Positions 42,104 through 50,546 of a stretch of 64,000 bases of DNA are shown one piece after another. Under the pieces are notes generated by a model that made no database searches, was not told where the DNA came from, and saw only the letters and a list, made by a program, of their open reading frames with translations. The DNA comes from an uncultured Planctomycetota bacterium. GTDB lineage: Bacteria > Planctomycetota > PLA2 > JAEUHO01. Location of the stretch: contig CAVVXN010000005.1 in NCBI GenBank assembly GCA_963752285.1, positions 160,001-224,000 on the forward strand. The letters are read 5' to 3'. Within the stretch, counting starts at the first letter, position 1; each line of letters opens with the position of its first letter. A program made the translations under genes and the position numbers.

Positions 42104-43291
42104 TCAGCGACGGTGGATCGGGAGCTGGTCGAGGGGGAACTGCAGGATCAGGAGCGCCGACGCGGTCGCGTACGCGTTCGTGGTGTCCACGTTGCTCGTC
42201 CACCACGCCTCGCGCGCGTCCGAGGTGGGGGAGGGGCCCCACCGGACGACCGCTAGGAGGTCGTCACGGATCTGCCGGTACCACGACGACCACACGTCCG
42301 GCCGCCGCAGACCGATCTGGTACATCGCCTGCGTGGCGTAGTATCCGCCGTAGTAGAAGAAGTAGTGCGGCTGCCGCGCGACGCGCAGGTACATCTGCTG
42401 CATGTAGCTCACGAAGTCGTCGATCCGCATCTCCGACTTCTCGATCCGGTGCGCGTGGATGTACGCCGCGATGCTCTGGTCGTCGTACAGGCCGGCCTGG
42501 AAGAGCGTCGTCAGACCGGCCGCGCAGAGCGAAAAGCTGTCCCGGTTGAACTGCTGCGTCTGCGGCTGGTAGAGGAACGAGCCCACCTCATACTGGTTCT
42601 GGCCCGTGTTCGCGCTCTCGATCACGTACCGGAGCGCCCGGTCGATGGTGCTGCGCGGGACCTTGATGCCGACGTTTCGCGCGGCCCGGAGTGCCACCAC
42701 CTGGCACACCGTGACGCTCATGTCCGAGTCCTTCGTGAACGGCACGTAGCGCCATCCGCCCGTCTCGTTCTGGCAGCGGACGGTGAACTCGGCCGCGTAC
42801 TCGAGCGGTTTCCTCACCGACTCGGCCCGCGTGACCCCGTACACCTCGGCCAGGGCCAGCGTCGCGAAGGCGTGGCTGTACATGCGGGTGTGGTTGGCGG
42901 AGATGAAGCCCGAGGAGGTCACCTGCTTGGTGACGAAGTCCACGGCGCGGTGGAGCGTCTCGCCGTACGGCCCCCGGTCCGGCAGGTGGCCGCCCGCGAG
43001 GAAGGCGAGGATCCCGAGCGACGTGATCCCGACGTGCGGGATGTCCTCTCCGCCGTCGAACGGGCGATAGGACTCGTTGATCTTCTTTCCGGCGTTGCTG
43101 GACCACGACCCGTCCTCGGACTGTGTTCGGGCGAGGAAGCGGAGTCCCGCGTCGATCGCCTCCTTGGTCCGGGCGTCCACGAGGCCGCCCCGTTCGAGGC
43201 CCTCGTCCGCGCGGAGGGCCGCGGGAGACAGCGCGGCGGCGACGAGGGCCAGCGCGAGGAAGGGGAACAGCCAGGGCGCGAGGCGTCGCAC
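42104..43291 (-). CDS. Exported prenyltransferase/squalene-cyclase-repeat protein (second paralog)
   Basis: Signal peptide ending ALRA; QSEDGSW, RMYSHAFATLALAE, QNETGGWRY, SDMSVTVCQ, YFFYYGGYYA. Confidence 0.87.
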   Translation of the reverse strand: MRRLAPWLFPFLALALVAAALSPAALRADEGLERGGLVDARTKEAIDAGLRFLARTQSEDGSWSSNAGKKINESYRPFDGGEDIPHVGITSLGILAFLAGGHLPDRGPYGETLHRAVDFVTKQVTSSGFISANHTRMYSHAFATLALAEVYGVTRAESVRKPLEYAAEFTVRCQNETGGWRYVPFTKDSDMSVTVCQVVALRAARNVGIKVPRSTIDRALRYVIESANTGQNQYEVGSFLYQPQTQQFNRDSFSLCAAGLTTLFQAGLYDDQSIAAYIHAHRIEKSEMRIDDFVSYMQQMYLRVARQPHYFFYYGGYYATQAMYQIGLRRPDVWSSWYRQIRDDLLAVVRWGPSPTSDAREAWWTSNVDTTNAYATASALLILQFPLDQLPIHRR

Positions 43292-43359
43292 GAGAGGAGC
43301 GTAATCGGGCGCCCAGGATCCGACGAACGCGCTCCCGTCCGCCGACCTCGGGGACCGGG

Positions 43360-46300
43360 TCAGTCTCGACGGGGCGCGTAGACGACCGCGCCCGAACGAC
43401 CGAACACGACGACGGTTCCGCGACCCGAGGCGAGCGTGAGGAACCCCTCCTCGGCGGAGAGGCCGAGCGGCTCGATCTCCTGGAGGATCTCGCCGGTGTC
43501 GAGCGCGATGCGTCGGAGCAGGACCCGCGCGGGACGTCCGGGTTCGGGGTTCCAGGAGACGATCGCGAGGACCACGTCCCCGCGCACCTCGACCTCCGCG
43601 CGGGAGGGACGCTGCCGCACCTCGTCGAAGGCGTGGTCCCACAGGATCTTCCCGGTGGTCCGGCTCCAGGCACCGAGGTGGTATGGCGCCTCGCGGACGA
43701 AGGGCATCAGGACGAGCGCGTCGCCCGCGACACGCGCCTCGGTGTACTCGTAGGGCCGCGCGCGGGCGCCGGCCTGTCCCACCAGGATCTTGGTCTCGTC
43801 CACGCCCTGGCCGTCCCGGCCGCGGTACGAGGCGAGGAAGCCGTCTTCCTGCAGAACGACGACGTCCTCGCCCGCCGCGGTCAGCACGCCCGCGTGGGTG
43901 TCGCTCCGGAGCGCGTGCGACCACGGCGGCGCGACGCCGTCGAGGTCCATGCCGGTCAGGCGGTACCCGCTCCGGTCGTCACGCGCCACGAAGATCGCGC
44001 GTCGGCCGACGACGACGGGGCCCTGGTCGATGTGACCGGGCGGGAGGTTCACCACGTTGCGTACGGCCCCGGTGAGCCCGTCGAACACCAGGAGCTTCGG
44101 CCACGCGCTCCGCTCGTGCCAGCGTGTCTCCCGGAGCACGAGATCGGTGCCCACCACCTCGAGGTTCCGCATGTCGCTCGGGTCGAGCACGCGTCGCCAG
44201 AGCTCTCGGCCCGTCTCCTTGTCGTACGCGAGGAGGGTCCGCATGCGGTTGGTGGTGTCCTGCAGCAGCGTGAACACCTGTCCGGCGGCCGTCTCGAGTT
44301 CGGTGATCGTGCCGTCCACCTCGACGTTCCAGCGGGGCGTGCCGTCGCCCGCGTCCACCGCCTGGAGGCCGCTCTGGAACGCGAGGAAGAGCGTGCCCTC
44401 GTCGTAGGCGGCTCTCCAGCACGGCCCCTCCTCGAGCTCGAACGCGACCGAGGCCGTCGCCAGGTCGAACGCGACGAGGCGGTCGGTGTCCCGGAGCAAC
44501 GCGACCGGGGGATCCACGCCCGGGGGCGCGTGGAGGTCCACTTGCTGGCCGAACGAGCCCTCCGCGACCGGCTCGAAGTGCGTCTGCTCGAGCGGCGCCG
44601 CGCGCGAGGCGGCCGGCGGGGTCGGCGACGCCGGCTTCGGCAGATGGGGGAGGGCCGCCTCTCTGCCCGTCCGGGTCTCTCCCCCCACGTCTACGGGGTC
44701 GTCGCCGTGCCGCGCAGCGAGCCACGTCCACGTGAAGCGCGACGCGCCCGCCATGCCGAGCGTGTCGTAGGCACCGGCCAGGAGCGCGGAACCGCGCGCC
44801 GCCCACTCGCTCTCGTCGTGCTCGGAGAGGAGCTGCAACAGAGGTGCGAGCGCGGCCTCGGGACGACCCGTGTCTGCACGCTCCTTCCCGAGCCGGTACA
44901 GCGCCTCGGGCATGACCGTGGCGTTCGGGAAGCGGCGAAGGACCTGCGTGAGCGCCTGGTCGTCGTCGCGGGCGGTCGCGAGGAGACGTCTTGCTTCCGC
45001 CTCGTACGGAGCGTACGCGTCGGCTCCGTAGGTCTGGATCACCTCCGAGATCCGGTCGCGGACGACGTGGAGGAGAGGCACGCCCCCGACCGAGAGGTCC
45101 GCGTCCGCCTCGAGCACCCGCTGGAGGGCCTCGACGGCCCGAGAGGGATGGTTCTGCTCGAGCTCGACCTTCGCCAGGGCGAGGAGCGCGGCCGGCCGCA
45201 CGGGGACCTCCTCCTCGAACCCGGGGAAGGACCCGCTGGTGTCGCCGGCCTCGTCCACGAGGCGCGAGAGGTTCTCGGCCCGCGCCGCGAGGTCGGCCCC
45301 GAGCGCACGATCGAGCGCAAGGCGCGCCCGAACGCGCTCCTCGGCCGCGCGTGCCCACGAGAGCGCGCGCGCCAGCGCGGCCCGCGCCTCCGCCGGCCGC
45401 GTCGCCATCGCCACGTCCGCCTCCGCGAGCGCCGTGCGGAAGAGCCCGTGCTCCGCGCGCCGAAGCGCGACGGCGTCCTTCGTCTTCTCCGCGAGGGTCC
45501 GCGCCTCCTGGAACGTGCGTTCGGCGCGGTCCAGGGCTCCGCCCGTCCGGTAGATGTCGCCGGCCTCGAGAAGGACGGTGGGATCGTTCGGTCGCTCCGC
45601 GCGTCGCGCGGCCACGTCCTTCGCGATCTCCTGCCAGGAGTAGAACGCCTGCACGACGTCGCGGGAGAGGACGACGAGCACCTGGGGCAGGGGGAGCACG
45701 TTGCCCGCCTCGACGCCGGACGGCCACGGGTCGAGCCCGAGGAACGCGCCCTCGCGCGCGAGGTCGAAGTGCGCGAGGCCACGCTCGGTCGGGACCAGGA
45801 CCTCTCGTCCCGCGACCGCGCCGTCCCCGATCGGGACGTCCGGCTCGCCGTAGCCCTGCTCGAGGCGGCCGAACCAGACGCGCTTGCCGTCCGCGAGCGA
45901 GAACGCCTCGAGGTCGTTCCCGGTCATCAGGGCGACGTCGCGACGACCGTCGTTCGCCGTGCCCAGGAAGTGGCCGACCACGCCCAGCATGGAGGTGCGT
46001 GGGTAGGGGTCGTGCCAGCGGAGCGCCCCCGTCTGCCGGTCGAACGCGTGCAGCCCCGTGCCGTCCGTGGGGGCCACGAGGACGAGGTCGCCGGCGACGA
46101 CCGGGGGCGAGGGTGCGACCATCGGCCACCGGAGCGGCGCCTTGAACCAGAACTGGACCGGTCGGATCTCCTCGATCTCGTAGGAGGCGACCCACACGGG
46201 ACGTCCCGTGCGGAGCGAGAGCGCGCTCAGGAACCCGAGGCCGCTCGTCGCGTACACCACCCCGTCCGCGACCGCCGGCGCGGACGACCCGAGCTCCTTC

Positions 46301-47745
46301 ACGGGCGATCCGAACAGGTTGAGCTCCTGGTTCCCGACGCCGAGCACGCTCCGCCAGACGAGGCGTCCCGTGGTCGCGTCGAGCGCGACGAGCCCGACCT
46401 CGTAGGTCGTGCCGTCGTGACGACACGTGGTCGCCACCACGAGTCCGTCCGCGACCACGCACGGGGAGGAGATGGTCGTGCCGGACAGCGCCGCGGCGTC
46501 GTCGGGGTCCCGGCCCATCCACCAGCGGACCTCGCCGGTTCGGCGGTCCAGGGCCACGACCGTTCGCCAGGGCATGTACGTCGAGATCTCGGCGAAGTGC
46601 AGGTACTCGGGACGGTACGTGTGCTCGACCTCGACCGTGGCGATCACGAGGTCGCCCGAGAGGACGGGGGCGAACGCGCGCTCGAAGCTCGTGCGACCCT
46701 GCCCCTGGACCTCCGGGGGCACGAGATGCAGCGGGAGGTTGGCGCCCCGCTGGTACTGGAAGCTCCAGAGCCGCTGGTCGGAATAGATGTCCATCGCGTA
46801 CACGGCGCGGCCGTTCGCGACGTACATGGTGCGGTCGCCGACCGCGGCGTGGAGCGGCCGGAACGTCGCCCACCACTGGTCCCACTGCGAGTCGTCGTTG
46901 GGGACCCAGGCGTCCGTCTGGTCGTGGTCGAGTCGTGACGGCGGGAACGAGACGCGGGTGCTCCATCGGAGCGTCTCCGGTCGAGGTCCCGCGGTGGGCG
47001 CAGCCCGGTCGCGGTCGGCCGCACCCCGCCACATCGGCCAGCGGTCGGCGGCGGGCTCGGGGTGGGCCTCCGCGAGCCAGGCCGCGATGCGCTTCGAGAG
47101 CGCGTCGTCACCCTGCATCTCGTTCCGGGTCCTCTCGAGCGCTTTGGTCTCGCCCGCGAGGCCCAACGCGTCCACCAGCCGGGACAGGAGGACGGGGTCC
47201 TTCGGCCAGGCGCGGAGGCCCTGACGCGCCCACCACACCGCGTCGCGAAGACGGCCGGACTCGATGTCCGTGCTCGCGAGGAGACGCGCCGCCTCGCGGC
47301 CCGCCGTGCTCGCTCCGTAGCGCTCGACCACCTCGACCAGGAAGTCGCGCCGGCGACGCGCGACGGCGCGCGCGAGCATCGGGTCGGCCGATGGGGCCGT
47401 GAAACGCTCGTACGCCTCGCGCTGGTCGGGCGCGATCTTGAACAGGCGGTCGCGCACCTCCTCCGCCGCGAGGCGCCACCGGCTCGTGACCGGCGACCCC
47501 TCGACCAGGTAGAGGTCCTCCGGCATCTCGTCGAGGAGTTGCTGCGCGGCCCGCGCCGCCGCGTCCATGCGGCCGGCGGCGAGGAGCCGGTCCACCTCCC
47601 CGACGGCGAGCCGGGCGGCGTGTCGGTCACGCAGCTTGAAGGGCTGCGTGCGCCAGACGTCCTCCTCCTCGTCCCCGCGCCCGCGCCCCGCGAGTCCCAG
47701 GAGCAGCGCGAACAGGGCGACGCCCGCGAGAACGCTCGATCGCAT
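43360..47745 (-). CDS. Large exported PQQ/BamB-type beta-propeller protein with TPR/BamD-like helices
   Basis: Signal peptide; WPMWRG; many ALDxxTGxxxW blades; central VLRRFPNATVMPEALYRLG segment; second propeller at the C-terminus. Confidence 0.85.
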   Translation of the reverse strand: MRSSVLAGVALFALLLGLAGRGRGDEEEDVWRTQPFKLRDRHAARLAVGEVDRLLAAGRMDAAARAAQQLLDEMPEDLYLVEGSPVTSRWRLAAEEVRDRLFKIAPDQREAYERFTAPSADPMLARAVARRRRDFLVEVVERYGASTAGREAARLLASTDIESGRLRDAVWWARQGLRAWPKDPVLLSRLVDALGLAGETKALERTRNEMQGDDALSKRIAAWLAEAHPEPAADRWPMWRGAADRDRAAPTAGPRPETLRWSTRVSFPPSRLDHDQTDAWVPNDDSQWDQWWATFRPLHAAVGDRTMYVANGRAVYAMDIYSDQRLWSFQYQRGANLPLHLVPPEVQGQGRTSFERAFAPVLSGDLVIATVEVEHTYRPEYLHFAEISTYMPWRTVVALDRRTGEVRWWMGRDPDDAAALSGTTISSPCVVADGLVVATTCRHDGTTYEVGLVALDATTGRLVWRSVLGVGNQELNLFGSPVKELGSSAPAVADGVVYATSGLGFLSALSLRTGRPVWVASYEIEEIRPVQFWFKAPLRWPMVAPSPPVVAGDLVLVAPTDGTGLHAFDRQTGALRWHDPYPRTSMLGVVGHFLGTANDGRRDVALMTGNDLEAFSLADGKRVWFGRLEQGYGEPDVPIGDGAVAGREVLVPTERGLAHFDLAREGAFLGLDPWPSGVEAGNVLPLPQVLVVLSRDVVQAFYSWQEIAKDVAARRAERPNDPTVLLEAGDIYRTGGALDRAERTFQEARTLAEKTKDAVALRRAEHGLFRTALAEADVAMATRPAEARAALARALSWARAAEERVRARLALDRALGADLAARAENLSRLVDEAGDTSGSFPGFEEEVPVRPAALLALAKVELEQNHPSRAVEALQRVLEADADLSVGGVPLLHVVRDRISEVIQTYGADAYAPYEAEARRLLATARDDDQALTQVLRRFPNATVMPEALYRLGKERADTGRPEAALAPLLQLLSEHDESEWAARGSALLAGAYDTLGMAGASRFTWTWLAARHGDDPVDVGGETRTGREAALPHLPKPASPTPPAASRAAPLEQTHFEPVAEGSFGQQVDLHAPPGVDPPVALLRDTDRLVAFDLATASVAFELEEGPCWRAAYDEGTLFLAFQSGLQAVDAGDGTPRWNVEVDGTITELETAAGQVFTLLQDTTNRMRTLLAYDKETGRELWRRVLDPSDMRNLEVVGTDLVLRETRWHERSAWPKLLVFDGLTGAVRNVVNLPPGHIDQGPVVVGRRAIFVARDDRSGYRLTGMDLDGVAPPWSHALRSDTHAGVLTAAGEDVVVLQEDGFLASYRGRDGQGVDETKILVGQAGARARPYEYTEARVAGDALVLMPFVREAPYHLGAWSRTTGKILWDHAFDEVRQRPSRAEVEVRGDVVLAIVSWNPEPGRPARVLLRRIALDTGEILQEIEPLGLSAEEGFLTLASGRGTVVVFGRSGAVVYAPRRD

Positions 47746-47822
47746 GGCGGCCAGGGTACCCCGGGGCGCGGCCGGCCCGGCGCGGCGCGTGGCGCGTGGC
47801 ACAGCGCCCGCGCCGGGTTCTC

Positions 47823-50534
47823 TCAGATCATCTGGCCGCGCTTCCTGAGCGCCCATTCGACGCCCAGGAGGCCGATCAGGAGGAGGAGGACCCACGCCTT
47901 GTCCCACTGGGGCCGCTCCGCGCGGTCGATGACGCGCCGCGCCGTGAGGGACGGGAGCTCGTCGGCGACGCGGGGCAGCTCGTCGATCCGGGCGGGCCGG
48001 CCCTCGACGAGACGTCCGCCCGTCTCGCGCGCGATGCGCCCGAGGAGCAGGTGGTCGGGGATCGTGAGCCGCTTCTCGGGCACCTCGTACTCGGCCTCGA
48101 ACCGGCGCTCCGCCCGGCTCTGCGTTCCGCCGTCGGTGCCGCGCGCCGTGTCGGCGATCCAGATGCGCCACGTCCCCTCGCGACGGATGGGCAGGTGCAT
48201 GCGGAACGTCCCGGGCGCCGCGCCCTCGGGCGACGCGTTCCGGGGACGCTGGTCCCCCTCGAGCACCAGGTCCTGCCGTCGCGGGTCCTCCACGTGCACC
48301 CCGTCGAGGAACGCGTCAGCCACGGGCTCGTAGTCCCGGTCGAGCGCGGTGATCGTCACCGTGGCCGTGTCGCCCACGAAGTACGTGTCCTTGTCGGTGG
48401 TGATCTTGAAGCGCACGTTGCCGCCCAGCAGTCGGTACGTGGCGAGGTAGCGGATCACCTGGTCCCAGAAGGGGCCGTAGTAGCGGTCGCCGTTCCCGTA
48501 CCGGAGTCGCCAGATGCCGTCGATGGCCGAGAAGAACACGCGGCCCTTCCCGTACGGCATCGTCGCGAAGACGACCAGCGGCCGGCCGTTCTCGTCGAGG
48601 AGCTCCTGGTCGTCGGGGCCCGTCGGCTTCGCGAGCGCGAGGGCCGTGGCGCCCGGCCGGAGCCCGCCGAGCGCGCGGTACAGCCACCACCACTCCCACT
48701 CGCTGCTGTAGGAGCGATCTCCCAGCCACGCCCGCTCGACCTCGTCGGCGGTGGCGATGCCGCCCTTCGGCCCCGGGACGATCCCGAAGATGGGGTGGTT
48801 CCTGCCGATCTGCGTCAGCTCCAGGCGGAACGGCTGCTCGCGGGGACGGTCGTTCGACGCGTGCGCGTCGCGGTCCCGCGGGATGACCGGGAGCAGGTCC
48901 TCGATCGGGAGGCCCCGGTACTCCAGCGGGTCGTGCATGTCCTGGCCGGCGATCAAGCCGAGGCCGCCGCCCTCCCGGACGAAGTCGCGCAGGAGCACCA
49001 GGATGTCGTGCCGGTCGCTCGCCGAGTCCGCGAGCCTGAGGTCCCCGAAGTCCACGTCGCCGAGGAGGATCACGTCGTAGCCGAAGAGCTCGCGGCGCGT
49101 GCGGGGGAACGCGCGCAACGGACGCAGGCCGGGGCTCGCCGCCTGGTCCACCGTGGGGTCGGCGCTCTGCTGGAAGAGCTGGGCTTCGTAGCGCCGCCGC
49201 ACGTCGCCTCCGAGGGACGCGTCGTCCGGCTCGCGCGTCAGCCAGTTGCCGAGGAACTGGAAGTCCCGCCGGGGGAGGTTGTCCACCAGAAGAACCTTGA
49301 TGCGCTGGTCCATCACGCGGATCTCGTGCTCGGCGACGTCGTCGGTCGAGATCGCGTCCTCGGCGGCGGCCTTCGGAGGAAGGACCGCCCGGATCCGAAC
49401 GCGGAACGTGCCGGGCTGGCTCATCCGCACCTGGAGCCGCACCGGTGTGGACCCGTCCTCGGCCGGCAGCGGGTCGAACGGTCCGGCCTCGGTGACCTGG
49501 TCGCGGCCGGGGTCGTAGGGCGTCGGCGGGATCGGCCGGCCGTCCGCCTCGGCGACCTTGTCGATCGAGATGCGCGCGCGTACGCCGGCGAGGCCCGTGA
49601 ACCCGCGCTGGTGGATCGCGGTCTCGTACACGACGTCGTCACCCACCAGGACCACGTCGAGCGCGCGGATGCGCTCCATCCGCACGTTCTTGCCCGAGGC
49701 CGCGTTGCCGAGCGCGATGGGCGTCACGTGAAGATCGGACCGCGCGGCGCCGAGCGACGACAGCACCTCCATCGGGCTCTCGTCGGTGCCGGTGTCGCGC
49801 CCGTCCGTGAGGAGGAGCACGCCCGCGAGCCGGCGGTCCTCGCGCCCGAGGTACTCGCCCGCCACGTTCCGCAGCAGGGTCCCCAGGTTCGTGCCGCCCT
49901 GGCCGTGGCCTCCGGACTCGAGCGAGCGGACGGCGCGGCCGATCTCCGCGACGGGATCGGCCTCCGGCGCGCCGGGTGCGCGGCTCTGCGCGCCCCGGTC
50001 GTCTTTCGTCGAGCCGAGGCTCCACCAGTCGGACGCGAAGCCGAACACGTGGAGCACGAACCGCCGGTCGAGCTCGCGAAGGAGCTGTTCGCCCTCCGGG
50101 GCCAGGATCCGCCGGACCAGGTCGAGACGCGTGCCCGCGTTCCCGTCCGTCGGCGCGGCGGGGTCGTTGCCCCACGCCGCGGCGCGCAGGCGCTCGGCCT
50201 CGTCGGGAGGGTACCGGTCCTGCGTGTCCATGCTGCCGCTCGCGTCCACGAGCACGACCAGGTGCGCGCGCTCCTCCGCGACCTTCACCTCCTCGCGGTA
50301 CGGGCCGGCGAGCGCGAGAAGGACGAGCAGCAACACCACGGTGCGGACGCCTGCGAGGAGCAGGCGCATCGGGAGACCGGCGCCCCCGCGCTCGGCACGG
50401 TACAGGGCGCGCAGCCCGAAGAAGATCGCGATCGCCGCGAGGGTGAGCAACCACGCCGGCGGGAGGCCCAGCCACCGCCATCCGCCGACCTCCGTAGACG
50501 CTTCGGCGAGCAGAGGGAGGAGCACGCCCATCAC
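47823..50534 (-). CDS. Membrane-anchored vWA + class I glutamine-amidotransferase-like domain protein
   Basis: Intact MIDAS DASGS and LLTDG; YDVILLGDV, FVREGGGL, YGKGRVFF, FWDQVIRYL; C-terminal TM ending EWALRKR. Confidence 0.85.
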   Translation of the reverse strand: MMGVLLPLLAEASTEVGGWRWLGLPPAWLLTLAAIAIFFGLRALYRAERGGAGLPMRLLLAGVRTVVLLLVLLALAGPYREEVKVAEERAHLVVLVDASGSMDTQDRYPPDEAERLRAAAWGNDPAAPTDGNAGTRLDLVRRILAPEGEQLLRELDRRFVLHVFGFASDWWSLGSTKDDRGAQSRAPGAPEADPVAEIGRAVRSLESGGHGQGGTNLGTLLRNVAGEYLGREDRRLAGVLLLTDGRDTGTDESPMEVLSSLGAARSDLHVTPIALGNAASGKNVRMERIRALDVVLVGDDVVYETAIHQRGFTGLAGVRARISIDKVAEADGRPIPPTPYDPGRDQVTEAGPFDPLPAEDGSTPVRLQVRMSQPGTFRVRIRAVLPPKAAAEDAISTDDVAEHEIRVMDQRIKVLLVDNLPRRDFQFLGNWLTREPDDASLGGDVRRRYEAQLFQQSADPTVDQAASPGLRPLRAFPRTRRELFGYDVILLGDVDFGDLRLADSASDRHDILVLLRDFVREGGGLGLIAGQDMHDPLEYRGLPIEDLLPVIPRDRDAHASNDRPREQPFRLELTQIGRNHPIFGIVPGPKGGIATADEVERAWLGDRSYSSEWEWWWLYRALGGLRPGATALALAKPTGPDDQELLDENGRPLVVFATMPYGKGRVFFSAIDGIWRLRYGNGDRYYGPFWDQVIRYLATYRLLGGNVRFKITTDKDTYFVGDTATVTITALDRDYEPVADAFLDGVHVEDPRRQDLVLEGDQRPRNASPEGAAPGTFRMHLPIRREGTWRIWIADTARGTDGGTQSRAERRFEAEYEVPEKRLTIPDHLLLGRIARETGGRLVEGRPARIDELPRVADELPSLTARRVIDRAERPQWDKAWVLLLLIGLLGVEWALRKRGQMI

Positions 50535-50546
50535 CGCGGCACCATC

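Noticed and set aside
33497..43291. Prenyltransferase-repeat genes as a hopanoid/terpene biosynthesis cluster or as alpha-2-macroglobulin thioester proteins
   Set aside because: They are single-domain and exported, lack DxDD and CGEQ motifs, and there are no hpn or isoprenoid genes nearby.
43360..47745. Propeller proteins as true PQQ dehydrogenases or as BamB itself
   Set aside because: Only generic blade repeats are visible; the size, TPR insert and gene context do not fit either assignment.
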